A stretch of DNA of 64,000 nt from Octopus vulgaris. Taxonomy: Eukaryota. Of this stretch, positions 1 to 13,049 are shown piece by piece (position 1 is the first letter of the stretch; each line of letters opens with the position of its first letter). A program made the translations under genes and the position numbers. The stretch lies in NCBI GenBank assembly GCA_951406725.2, contig OX597840.1, forward strand, positions 32,922,001-32,986,000, given 5' to 3'. The notes beneath the pieces were generated by a model. The model was given only the letters and a program-made list of their open reading frames with translations, was not told the DNA's origin and did not search any database.

Positions 1-61
<61 letters not shown>

Positions 62-179
62 AAAAAATACAAACAGGGACAAGAACGCAAAACATTTAGA
101 AGACGATACAAAAAACACGGACAGGACATTCGAAGCCTTCAATCTTCAGTCAAGAACTGGATCATCCTCGCAATTTCGG

Positions 180-258
<79 letters not shown>

Positions 259-259
259 T

Positions 260-456
260 GTGTGTCTGTGTTTGTCCCCCCAGCATCGCTTGACAACCGA
301 TGCTGGTGTGTTCACATCCCCGTAACGTAGCGGTTCGGCAAAAGAGAACCGATGGAATGAGTACTAGGCTTCCAAAGAATAAGTCCTGGGGGTCGATTTT
401 CTCGACCGTGCTCCAGCATGGCCGCAGTCAAATGACCGAAACAAGTAAAAGAGTAA
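260..456 (+). mobile_element. 3' half of microsatellite-containing SINE (family S2)
   Basis: GTTTGTCCCCCCAGCATCGCTTGACAACCGATGCTGG...CCAGCATGGCCGCAGTCAAATGACCGAAACAAGTAAAAGAG; same block recurs at ~11270, ~11560, ~18050, ~19050 and ~25400. Confidence 0.8.
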
Positions 457-469
457 AAAAAATAACCGC

Positions 470-688
470 TCGTAAATTTACATGTCAAATTTATACGTCA
501 AATTTATGTTAAATTTATATGTCAAATTTATGTCAAATTTACATGTCAAATTTATGTCAAATTTATATGTCAAATTTATATGTCAAATATACATGTCAAA
601 TTTATACGTCAAATTTATGTTAAATTTATATGTCAAATTTATATGTCAAATTCATATGTCAAATTTATATGTCAAATTTATACGTCAT
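470..688. repeat. AT-rich minisatellite, 11-13 bp unit (TATGTCAAATTTA)
   Basis: Tandem GTCAAATTTA(TA/CA)T repeats visible directly. Confidence 0.9.
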
Positions 689-1207
689 TTGTGACTCTTT
701 GTAATCTATGTGTAAAAATATATTTTCATTGTCTTATACTTAACAGATGATGGGATTACGAAATGTTCGTCCATAATGAAGCATTATCCTGGATTGATAT
801 TGTTCCTGACGGCACTCTTGGTCCTGATCGGAATTGGTTTAGTGGTGAACGAAGTCTACATGTACTGGGATGAAATACAAAGTAAAAACGAACGGAAATA
901 ACTCGGCTTTGGAAACGACACATTGTGCCAGGGGGAACTGTAGATGGCTTAAATGGACGTATTTTATTGACCCCTTTCTCTCGACCTTTCTCTCCTTGGT
1001 CAATGACATCGACGACATCCCTTCCACAAATTGACGCCCTCCCACATCTCATATGAGGACTTCCAACAACGGCTTCACCAATTAACGGATTTGCAATTGA
1101 CGTGTCTTAGACAAACCCGTGGAAGCCCAAACTGAAAGACAAATTTGAAACAAGAGCTCGAAGAGCTATACTTCTCTGAAGAGTGTGTGTGTGTGTGTAT
1201 GTGTGTG

Positions 1208-1286
<79 letters not shown>

Positions 1287-2242
1287 GTGGCGAATACTCG
1301 TTATAAATATCACCACCAGTGGCCTAGCATGTATAAAAAAAAGTCAATAGACAACATATTCGTATTTCAAATATTTCAAAATAGAAAATTACCCTTTAAC
1401 AGGTAATTTTTACATGCTAGAAATGGCAGCCAACCACGGCCAAAAACCACAATTTTATAGCAAATTTCGAAGTACATGAAAAATAAAAACCTTTACTTTT
1501 ACCTATACCAATGCTTTCGAATTTCTTTAGCAAATAATATTGCTTGCCATCTTATATGTATATATATTTGTGTATATATATTTATGTATATATGTATGTG
1601 TGTATGTATATCGTTTCTTGGAATATTTTCTGCTGATTTCCCCGGTGATTTGGTTCCTCATATTTTTATACAACACAGCAAGAATCGAACCGAACTCCAT
1701 TTCCTACAAACGGCGCAGTATTTTATTTTAATTTACCGGGCCATGTTCGTATACATTGCAACGAAACGTAATGTCAATTCATGTACGATTTGAAACCGGA
1801 ACGACCGCAACTGAATTCATTGAAATCCTCGGTCTACATTTCTTTAATATCTTTGTAACATCATGGGACTTCTCATTCTCGATATATCATTATGAGTGTT
1901 AAGAATTTGACGAGGTAAACCCATACGTTTGCGTAAAAATCTGACATTTTGGACATCTTGGTGTCTATAATAACATATTGACAATTAACACTATAATTAG
2001 CAAATATTAAATATGAAAAAAGAGAAAAAGAAAGAGCGAAAAAAACCCCAATGAAATATTTAAATCTGTGTCACCTGTTAATCAGAGAAATTCCTTAATT
2101 AGTTGGATTTAATTTGCTGAAGGGAATCGGCGGGAAGCAGTAATTATCTATTTTTATGTTTCGTTTTGAAAGAAAATAAAATTCAAATGTTTCGCACATA
2201 TAAAATCTTTGGTGTTTTTCCTTTGCTAAAATTTGAACCATC

Positions 2243-2656
2243 GGATCTTTTCGGTTTGAACGGCAGTTTTTTCTAGCGGTGTCATATGAAATTGTCACCC
2301 ATAATTATGACCCTAGTATCGATCTATTACATTTCAATCTGTTTTAGGGTTAAGGTTAGTTAGGGGTGAGGGAAAGGGTATCTTTTTTTCTTCACAAATG
2401 TAGATAAACCCAATCTGTTTCTTAAACGAGGGACATATTCATACGGCACAGAATGTTTTTTACCTCAACAGACGTCATTGATTGGTTGAAATTACAGAAA
2501 CTGTAACAACAAATATCTCACAAACTATAGAATTTTCTCAATAAAGCCAACAGAAAATGATGTTTTATAAACACATTCTACCAGTATACGAAGTTTAAAA
2601 GTGTTTAGTTACGTGGAAATTATTTAAAAAAACTGCCATTCAAATCGAAAAGATCC
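2243..2656. mobile_element. Non-autonomous DNA transposon (MITE) with ~30-bp terminal inverted repeats
   Basis: Left GGATCTTTTCGGTTTGAACGGCAGTTTTTT, right AAAAAACTGCCATTCAAATCGAAAAGATCC; flanks gAACCATC / aAACCATC resemble a 7-8 bp TSD. Confidence 0.8.
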
Positions 2657-3536
2657 AAACCATCCTTTTAATAAGCATTTATAGTTTAATCATACACACA
2701 CGCACGCGCGCACACACACACAGACACAGACACACACACACATAGACACACACTCAGCACTTTCTGAATATACTGTCCGCATTCGATGTGTTAGCGACGT
2801 CAGATACTCAACCTCTGTAAAGCGGTTTTTTGCACGATTATTATCTTGTAAACACACACATTATTAATGTGCCCCTGCGCGGCACTCCCGGTGCATGAGT
2901 CACTTTTGTAGTACACATACATACATACATATATACATACATACATATATATACATACATACATACATACATACATACATACATTATGGCTGCCCCCTCG
3001 TTATCGAGTATTGCCATTGCACGAAGCTTAATCAATGTTGTTATCGTGCAATGCCTGTGCAAGAAGATATTTTTTTAAGTGAGGAAAGGCTGTGCACTGA
3101 GTCAATCCCACTCACTAAGCAACAGCAGCCATAATCCGTAAAGAAAAACAAGTCAACATCATCGGTAACCACTGAGCCGCAGGTTTTATGTCGGAGTTAT
3201 CCCAGTTACCTGAGTTACCTTCTCCTAGAAGGATGCCCTAACAAAGGCTAGGAGTCCTTCACTCCCAATGGTTTAACTGCGCGATCGGGTATTCAGTCCG
3301 ATTATTTCTATGTCCCCGCGAATGATACATCCTTAAGGCATTTATTGGATGGCCGTTGACTCTCAAGAGTTCCTCCGCCCTTTGACGGGTTTTGCTTTTC
3401 ATTCCGCAGGGTGTCCAATAAACACCCTCCTCACCAAGCAAGCTTGGTGGGGTTGCCGGTTTAGTCGCCAACGACCCGACCATGCAACAGGTTGTACTGG
3501 GTTACATGTTACCAGTAGCAATCGAAAGTGACCTGA

Positions 3537-5445
3537 CATACATACATACATACATACATACATACATACATACATACATACATACATACATACATACATA
3601 CATACATACATACATACATACGTACGTACGTACATACATACATACATACATACATACATACATACATACATACATACATACATACATACATACATACATA
3701 CATACGTACGTACGTACATACATACATACATACATACATACATACATACATACATACATACGTACATACGTACATACATACATACGTACGTACGTACATA
3801 CATACATACATACATACATACATACATACATACATACATACATACATACATACATACATACATACATACATACGTATGTACGTACGTACATACATACATA
3901 CATACATACATACATACATACATACATACATACATACATACATACATACGTACGTACGTACGTACGTACGTACGTACATACATACATACATACATACATA
4001 CATACATACATACATACATACATACATACGTACGTACGTACGTACGTACGTACGTACATACATACATACATACATACATACATACATACATACATACATA
4101 CATACATACGTACGTACGTACGTACATACATACATACATACATACATACATACATACATACATACATACATACATACATACATACATACATACATACATA
4201 CGTACGTACGTACATACATACATACATACATACATACATACATACATACATACGTACGTACGTACGTACGTACGTACGTACATACATACATACATACATA
4301 CATACATACATACATACATACATACATACATACATACGTACGTACGTACGTACGTACGTACGTACGTACATACATACATACATACATACATACATACATA
4401 CATACATACATACATACATACATACATACATACATACACACATACATACATACATACGTACGTACGTACATACATACATACATACATACATACATACATA
4501 CATACATACATACATACATACATACATACATACATACATACATACGTACGTACGTACATACATACATACATACATACATACATACATACATACATACATA
4601 CATACATACATACGTACGTACGTACGTACATACATACATACATACATACATACATACATACATACATACATACATACATACATACATACATACATACATA
4701 CATACATACGTACGTACGTACATACATACATACGTACGTACGTACGTACATACATACATACATACATACATACATACATACATACATACATACATACATA
4801 CATACATACATACATACGTACGTACGTACGTACATACATACATACATACATACATACATACATACACGCATGCATACATACATACATACATACAAACATA
4901 CATACATACATACATACATACATACATACATACATACATACATACGTACGTACGTACATACATACATACATACATACATACATACATACATACATACATA
5001 CATACATACATACATACATACATACATACGTACGTACGTACATACATACATACATACATACATACATACATACATACATACATACATACATACATACATA
5101 CATACATACGTACGTACGTACATACATACATACATACATACATACATACATACATACATACATACATACATACATACATACATACATACATACATACATA
5201 CATACATACATACGTACGTACGTACATACATACATACATACATACATACATACATACATACATACATACATACATACATACATACATACATACATACATA
5301 CATACGTACGTACGTACGTACATACATACATACATACATACATACATACACGCATGCATACATACATACATACATACAAACATACATACATACATACATA
5401 CATACATACATACATACATACACACATGCGTACATACATACATAC

Positions 5446-5478
<33 letters not shown>

Positions 5479-8334
5479 CATACATACATACATACATACA
5501 TACATACATAAATACATACATACATACATACATACATACATACATACATACATACATACATACATACATACATACATACATACGTACATACATACATACA
5601 TACATACATACATACATACATACATACATACATACATACATACATACGTACGTACGTACATACATACATACATACATACATACATACATACATACATACA
5701 TACATACATACATACATACGTACATACATACATACATACGTACGTACGTACATACATACATACATACATACATACATACATACATACATACGTACGTACG
5801 TACATACACACATACATACATACATACATACATACATACACACATACGTACGTACATACATACATACATACATACATACATACATACATACATACATACA
5901 TACGTACGTACATACATACATACATACATACATACATACATACATACATACGTACATACATACATACACACATGCATACATACACACATACATACATACA
6001 TACATACACACATGCATACATACATACATACACACATACATACATGCATACATACATACATACATACATACATACATACATACACACATACATGCATACA
6101 TACACACATACATACATACATACATACATACATACATACATACATACATACATACATACATACATACATACATACATACATACATACATACATACATACA
6201 TACATACGTACGTACATACATACATACATACATACATACATACGTACATACATACATACACACATACATACATACATACATACATACATACATACATACA
6301 TACATACATACATACATACATACATACACGCATACATACATACATACATACATACATACATACATACATACATACATACATACATACATACATACATACA
6401 TACATACATACATACATACATACATACATACATACATACATACATACATACATACATACATACATACATACACGCATACATACATACATACATACATACA
6501 TACATACATACATACATACATACATACATACATACATACATACATACATACATACATACATACATACATACATACATACATACATACATACATACATACA
6601 TACATACATACATACATACATACATACATACATACATACATACATACATACATACATACATACATACATACATACATACATACATACATACATACATACA
6701 TACATACATACATACATACATACATACATACATACATACATACATACATACATACATACATACATACATACATACATACATACATACATACATACATACA
6801 TACATACATACATACATACATACATACATACATACATACATACATACATACATACATACATACATACATACATACATACATACATACATACATACATACA
6901 TACATACATACATACATACATACATACATACATACATACATACATACATACATACATACATACATACATACATACATACATACATACATACATACATACA
7001 TACATACATACATACATACATACATACATACATACATACATACATACATACATACATACATACATACATACATACATACATACATACATACATACATACA
7101 TACATACATACATACATACATACATACATACATACATACATACATACATACATACATACATACATACATACATACATACATACATACATACATACACACA
7201 TACATGCACATACATACATACATACATACATACATACATACATACATACATACATACATACATACATACATACATACATACATACATACATACATACATA
7301 CATACATACATACATACATACATACATACATACATACATACATACATACATACATACATACATACATACATACATACATACATACATACATACATACATA
7401 CATACATACATACATACATACATACATACATACATACATACATACATACATACATACATACATACATACATACATACATACATACATACATACATACATA
7501 CATACATACATACATACATACATACATACATACATACATACATACATACATACATACATACATACATACATACATACATACATACATACATACATACATA
7601 CATACATACATACATACATACATACATACATACATACATACATACATACATACATACATACATACATACATACATACATACATACATACATACATACATA
7701 CATACATACATACATACATACATAAATACATACATACATACATACATACATACATACATACATACATACATACATACATACATACATACATACATACATA
7801 CATACATACATACATACATACATACATACATACATACATACATACATACATACATACATACATACATACATACATACATACATACATACATACATACATA
7901 CATACATACATACATACATACATACATACATACACACATACATACATACATACATACATACATACATACATACATACATACATACATACATACATACATA
8001 CATAAATACATACATACATACATACATACATACATACATACATACATACATACATACATACATACATACATACATACATACATACATACATACATACATA
8101 CATACATACACACATACATACATACATACATACATACATACATACATACATACATACATACATACATACATACATACATACATACATACATACATACATA
8201 CATACATACATACATACATACATACATACATACATACATACATACATACATACATACATACATACATACATACATACATACGTACGTACATACATACACA
8301 CATGCATACATACATACATACATACATACATACA
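3537..8334. repeat. ~4.8 kb (CATA)n microsatellite with (CGTA)n interruptions
   Basis: Direct; it produces the spurious YIHT/MYVC ORFs. Confidence 0.98.
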
Positions 8335-8639
8335 GGCTTTGGATTGCCGAATGAAGAGATACAGGAAATCCAAGAAGGCTACCGGATGCTAGGCTGCTTT
8401 TGGTCAAGGTGGGCTGCATGGTGTTGTAAAAGAATATTGCCAAAGGATATCGTCGGTTCCTTAGCGACAACAATTCCTTTGTCATTTCCTTGAGACTACT
8501 AATACTTCGTCCCATGTCTTCAAATGTCTCCTTCTTCTGTGTTTAGCCCCCTTGTGGGTAATAAAAAAACATATATAACTTGCACTGTGTACATCTTGCG
8601 GAACCTGCTTACTTACACCTTTCCTACACACCGAACTGG

Positions 8640-8990
8640 GCCATTTACCTGAAGCGTGTAGGGTCCTGTTTGTTCTCCTAATTACTAGAACATTGGTCTT
8701 TGTTAAAAGTTAACCATTAGACCCTTTGATTCCAGGTTTTGCATCCACGCCTGGAATTTCTTTTCTAGTTCCCTTACAAAGTCTGCTATGAGCGTAATAT
8801 CATCAGCGCATAGCAGATCCTAGTGGCGGCTTGTCTTGATTTCTTCTGTTTTGGCCTGGAGGACAACGATGAATAGGAGAGGAATGAGAACCAAACCCTG
8901 ATGAACGCCTACCTGAACGCCAACTTCATCCCTCTGCTCATGATTAACTCAGTTCATGGCCTGTACAGCTGTCACAAGCCACTCGTCTAC
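8640..8990 (-). mobile_element. Decayed RTE-type LINE reverse transcriptase fragment
   Basis: Minus strand reads VQVGVHQGLVLIPLLFIVVLQA...LLCADD with stops; homologous to the RT at 13650-13850. Confidence 0.65.
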
Positions 8991-9026
8991 TTCCGGCTCC
9001 CTCAGAGCCGACTATATCAAACGCTA

Positions 9027-9220
9027 GGGCGGCGAGCTGGCAGACACGTTAGCGCGCCGGGCGAAATGCTTAGCGGTATTTCGTCTGTCGTTACGTTCTG
9101 AGTTCAAATTCCGCCGAGGTCGACTTTCCCTTTCATCCTTTCGGGGTCGATAAATTAAGTACCAGTTACGCACTGGGGTCGATGTAATCGACTTAATCCC
9201 TTTGTCTGTCCTTGTTTGTC
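9027..9220 (+). mobile_element. tRNA-type SINE (family S1), 3'-truncated
   Basis: GGCGGCGAGCTGGCAGA head, B-box-like GAGTTCAAATTCC, core GGTCGACTTT..CCTTTCATCCTTTCGGGGTCGATAAATTAAGTACCAG. Confidence 0.85.
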
Positions 9221-9858
9221 CATTAAGCTGGTGTTAGTAACATAAATTGTGACTAAGGTTTGGTGGAAGATATTAAAACAAAACTTATGAAAACAAGACT
9301 TTTGTACTCAGAGCCAGAGGCAGTTCCAGCCAAGCTGGTATCAAAAGGGTTAAAATTGTTTCTCTATTATATATTTTAACCCTTTTGTTACCATATTTCT
9401 GTTGAGATGCTCTGAGTTTCTTTCAATTAATTTTAAATATAACAAAGAATTTAGTGAAATAACTTAGTTATCATTAAGCTAGTGTTAGGAACATAAATTG
9501 TGACTAAGGTTTGGTGGAAGATTTTAATTCAGAACTTATGAAAACCAAACATTTGTACAATAGAGCCAGAGGCAGTTTCAGGCAGGTTGGTATCAAAAGA
9601 GTTAAGAATTGTTTCTCTATTATATATTTTAACCCTTTCGTTACCATATTTCTGTTGAGAGGCTCTGTGTTTCTTTCAATTAATTTTAAATATAACAAAG
9701 AATTTAGTGAAATAACTTAGTTATCATTAAGCTAGTGTTAGGAACATAAATTGTGACTAAGGTTTGGTGGAAGATTTTAATTCAAAACTTAAGAAAACAA
9801 GACATTTGTACTACAGAGCCAGAGGCGGTTTCAGGTGGGTTGGTTACGAAAGGGTTAA
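9221..9858. mobile_element. Tandem (~2.5 copies, ~253 bp period) piggyBac-like MITE
   Basis: Units bounded by TTAA-CCCTTTCGTTACC ... GGTTACGAAAGGG-TTAA (9376-9605, 9629-9858, partial 9221-9353). Confidence 0.7.
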
Positions 9859-10084
9859 AAGCTCCGGTACAAGAGACACGTGATTAGAATGTCGCAGGAA
9901 AGCATCGCAAGACGGATTCTTCAACTTGGGTAACAGGTAGGAGTACTAGAGGTATATCAAGAATGAGATGATTGAATAATGTTCGTTAGCCTCAGATGGT
10001 CACGCCTGGGAATCGATCCAGAAAGGATAATGATGCTTGCTTTTGACAGGACCCTGAGGACTCGGGCACCACGACCTTCCCAAG

Positions 10085-10473
10085 AATGTGGAAGCACTCC
10101 GTCGGTTACGACGACGAGGGTTCCGGTTGATCCGAATCAACGGAACAGCCTGCTCGTGAAATTAACGTACAAGTGGCTGAGCACTCCACAGACATGTGCA
10201 CCCTTAACGTAGTTCTCGGGGATATTCAGCGTGACACAGAGTGTGACAAGGCCGGCCCCTTGAAATACAGGTACAACAGAAACAGGAAGTAAGAGTGAGA
10301 GAAAGTTGTGGTGAAAGAGTACAGCGGGGATCACCACCATCCCCTGCCGGAGCCTCGTGGAGATTTAGGTGTTTTCGCTCAATAAACACTCACAACGCCC
10401 GGTCTGGGAATCGAAACCGCGATCCTATGACCGCAAGTCCGCTGCCCTAACCACTGGGCCATTGCGCCTCCAC
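10085..10473 (-). mobile_element. tRNA-derived SINE (family S3)
   Basis: Minus strand head GGAGGCGCAATGGCCCAGTGGTTAGGGCAGCGGAC...GGTTTCGATTCCC with Pol III A/B boxes, followed by a non-tRNA body; left boundary approximate. Confidence 0.75.
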
Positions 10474-10559
10474 CTTCCCAAGAATAATATGTAGAGGAAA
10501 AGAAGATAGATGGACGGACGAAACTACAAATATGGTTTTAATATTAAATTAAAGATTAA

Positions 10560-11205
10560 GGGCGGCGAGCTGGCAGAATGGTTAGCACGCCGGACGAAAT
10601 GCTTTGCGGTATTTCGTCTGCCGCTACTGTCTGAGTTCAAATTCCGCCGAGGTCGACTTTGCCTTTCATCCTTTCGGGGTCGATAAATTAAGTACCAGTT
10701 ACGCACTGGGGTCGATCTAATCGACTTAATCCGTTTGTCTGTCCTTGTTTGTCCCTTTTGTGTTTAGCCCCTTGTGGGTAGTAAAGAAATAGGTATTTCG
10801 TCTGCCGCTACGGTCTGAGTTCAAAATCCGCCGAGGTCGACTTTGCCTTTCATCCTTTCGGGGTCGATAAATTAAGTACCAGTTACGCACTGGGGTCGAT
10901 GTAATCGACTTAATCCCTTTGTCTGTCCTTGTTTGTCCCCTCTATGTTTAGCCCCTTGTGGGCAATAAAGAAATAAGAATCGTTAATACACCGGGAAAAA
11001 TGTTTAATGGGATTACTAGTAAGCCGGACGAAATTCTTCACGGCATGTCATCCGTCTTCACATTCTGAGTTCAAATTCCGCCGAGGTCGACTTTGCCCTT
11101 TATCCTTTCGGGGTCGATAAAATAAGTATCAGTTGAGCACTGGGGTCGATGTAATCGATTTACCACCTCCTCTAAACTTGCTGGCCTCGTGCCAAAATTT
11201 GAAAC
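10560..11205 (+). mobile_element. Head-to-tail multimer of SINE S1
   Basis: Full monomer 10560-10791, 5'-truncated monomer ~10792-10977, a third head, then a variant copy with a different tail. Confidence 0.85.
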
Positions 11206-11264
11206 CATTATTTAAATTAAAGACATTTTATATAGAATATCCTCGAATTAATCTCACTCATTTA

Positions 11265-11459
11265 CTCATTTACTCATTTGACTGTGGCCATGCTGGAGCA
11301 CCGCTTTTTAGTAGAGCAAATCGACCCCCAGGACTTATTCTTTAGAAGCCTAGTACTGATTCTATTGGTATCTTTTGCCGAACCGCTAAGTTACGGGGAC
11401 GTAAACACACCAGCATCGGTTGTCAAGCGATGTTGGGGGGGATAAACGCAGACACACAA

Positions 11460-11550
<91 letters not shown>

Positions 11551-12055
11551 CTCTTTACTCTTTACTCTTATACTTGTTTCAGTCATTTGACTGCGGCCAT
11601 GCTGGAGAACCGCCTTTAATCGAGCAACTCGACCCCGGGACTTATTCTTTTGTAAGCCTAGTACTTATTCTATCGGTCTCTTTTGCCGAACCGCTAAGTA
11701 ACGGGGATATAAACACACCAGCATCGGTTGTCAAGCAATGCTAGGGGGACAAACACAGACACAGAAACACGCACACGCATATATATACATATATACGACG
11801 GGCTTCTTTCAGTTTCCGTCTACCAAATTCACTCACAAGGCTTTGGTCGGCCCGAGGCTATAGTAGAAGACACTTGCCCAAGGTGTATATATATACATAT
11901 ATACAACAGGCTTTTTTTCAGTTTCCGTCTACCAAATCCACTCACAAGGCCCGAGGGTATAGTAGAAGACACTTGCCCAAGGTGCCACGCAGTGGGACTG
12001 AACCCGGAACCATGTGGCTGGTAAGCAAGCTACTTACCACACAGCCACTCCTGGC
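11265..12055 (-). mobile_element. Two adjacent SINE S2 copies with internal (CA)n/(TA)n
   Basis: Reverse complement of the complete copy at 17756-18255; a partial internal duplication lies at ~11790-11985. Confidence 0.8.
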
Positions 12056-12110
12056 AAGAAATGAAATTTTTGTCTTAGAATTTCTTTCTGCTTTTGAATA
12101 TATTCTTCAA

Positions 12111-12195
12111 TTGTCACAACCGAATGACGTCACATCATCGAAGCGTTTTCTCCATTTTGCATACAAACGCTTACCAACACACACACGCGCACACA

Positions 12196-12275
<80 letters not shown>

Positions 12276-12340
12276 AACAAACATCTTTTCTTTATTTATT
12301 TTAAGAGACGAATTGTCGCGGTGCACCTCTAAGCAGTGTG
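12111..12340 (+). promoter_or_regulatory. Candidate Pol II promoter module with CRE palindrome (copy 1)
   Basis: TTGTCACAACCGAATGACGTCACAT is identical at 25971-25995; second shared motif CGGTGCACCTC..AGCAGTGTG; both precede an ATG plus splice donor. Confidence 0.45.
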
Positions 12341-12455
12341 TATTTAAAAACAGACAAACGTACAAAAAGAATAAAAAAAAAAAAAATTATTCTTTACCAA
12401 AAATCTTCAAAGACAGGATTTTAAATATAAACAAAAAGAAGAAAAAGCAACGAAC

Positions 12456-12489
12456 ATGGCGCTAGGATATCTGAAAAGCTATATACCGA
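12456..12489 (+). CDS. Candidate first coding exon ([11 protein letters not shown], phase-1 donor)
   Basis: AACATGG start context, 34 nt, then GTATGT donor at 12490; same layout at 26627. Confidence 0.35.
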
Positions 12490-12502
12490 GTATGTATACA
12501 CA

Positions 12503-12668
<166 letters not shown>

Positions 12669-12857
12669 CATATATATATATATATAGGATCTTTTCTTTT
12701 TGATGGACGGAATTTTCTAGTTAACTAAACAATTTGAAACTTCGTATACTTGTAGAATGTGTCAAAAGAAAACATTATTGTAAACAAAATTGAAAACAAA
12801 ATTGTAATTCGTAACTTTAACGTAGTTTAATTCTTCGAATTTTAACCAATGAAATCC

Positions 12858-12893
<36 letters not shown>

Positions 12894-13049
12894 ATTTGTG
12901 TTGCAAGATTCTTGATGTGAAGTCGTGTGTTGAAACAGATATTGTTTTATTTCTGGACGGTTATTTTTTGTTTGGCAAATAACAACACACCATTTATTCG
13001 TTCTTCACTCGTTTATCACTGTTCTTATTCTAACTCATGTCCATCGTCC

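Noticed and set aside
470-688. CRISPR-like array
   Set aside because: Contiguous tandem units without unique spacers, in a eukaryotic context
2344-2370. Telomere-like TTAGGG/TTAAGG repeats
   Set aside because: Only about three degenerate units, internal to a MITE
3399-8515. Very long ORFs (up to 1668 aa) on both strands
   Set aside because: Translations of (CATA)n, which has no stop codons; not proteins
10395-10473. tRNA gene
   Set aside because: tRNA-like head continues into a SINE body with no proper acceptor stem or terminator
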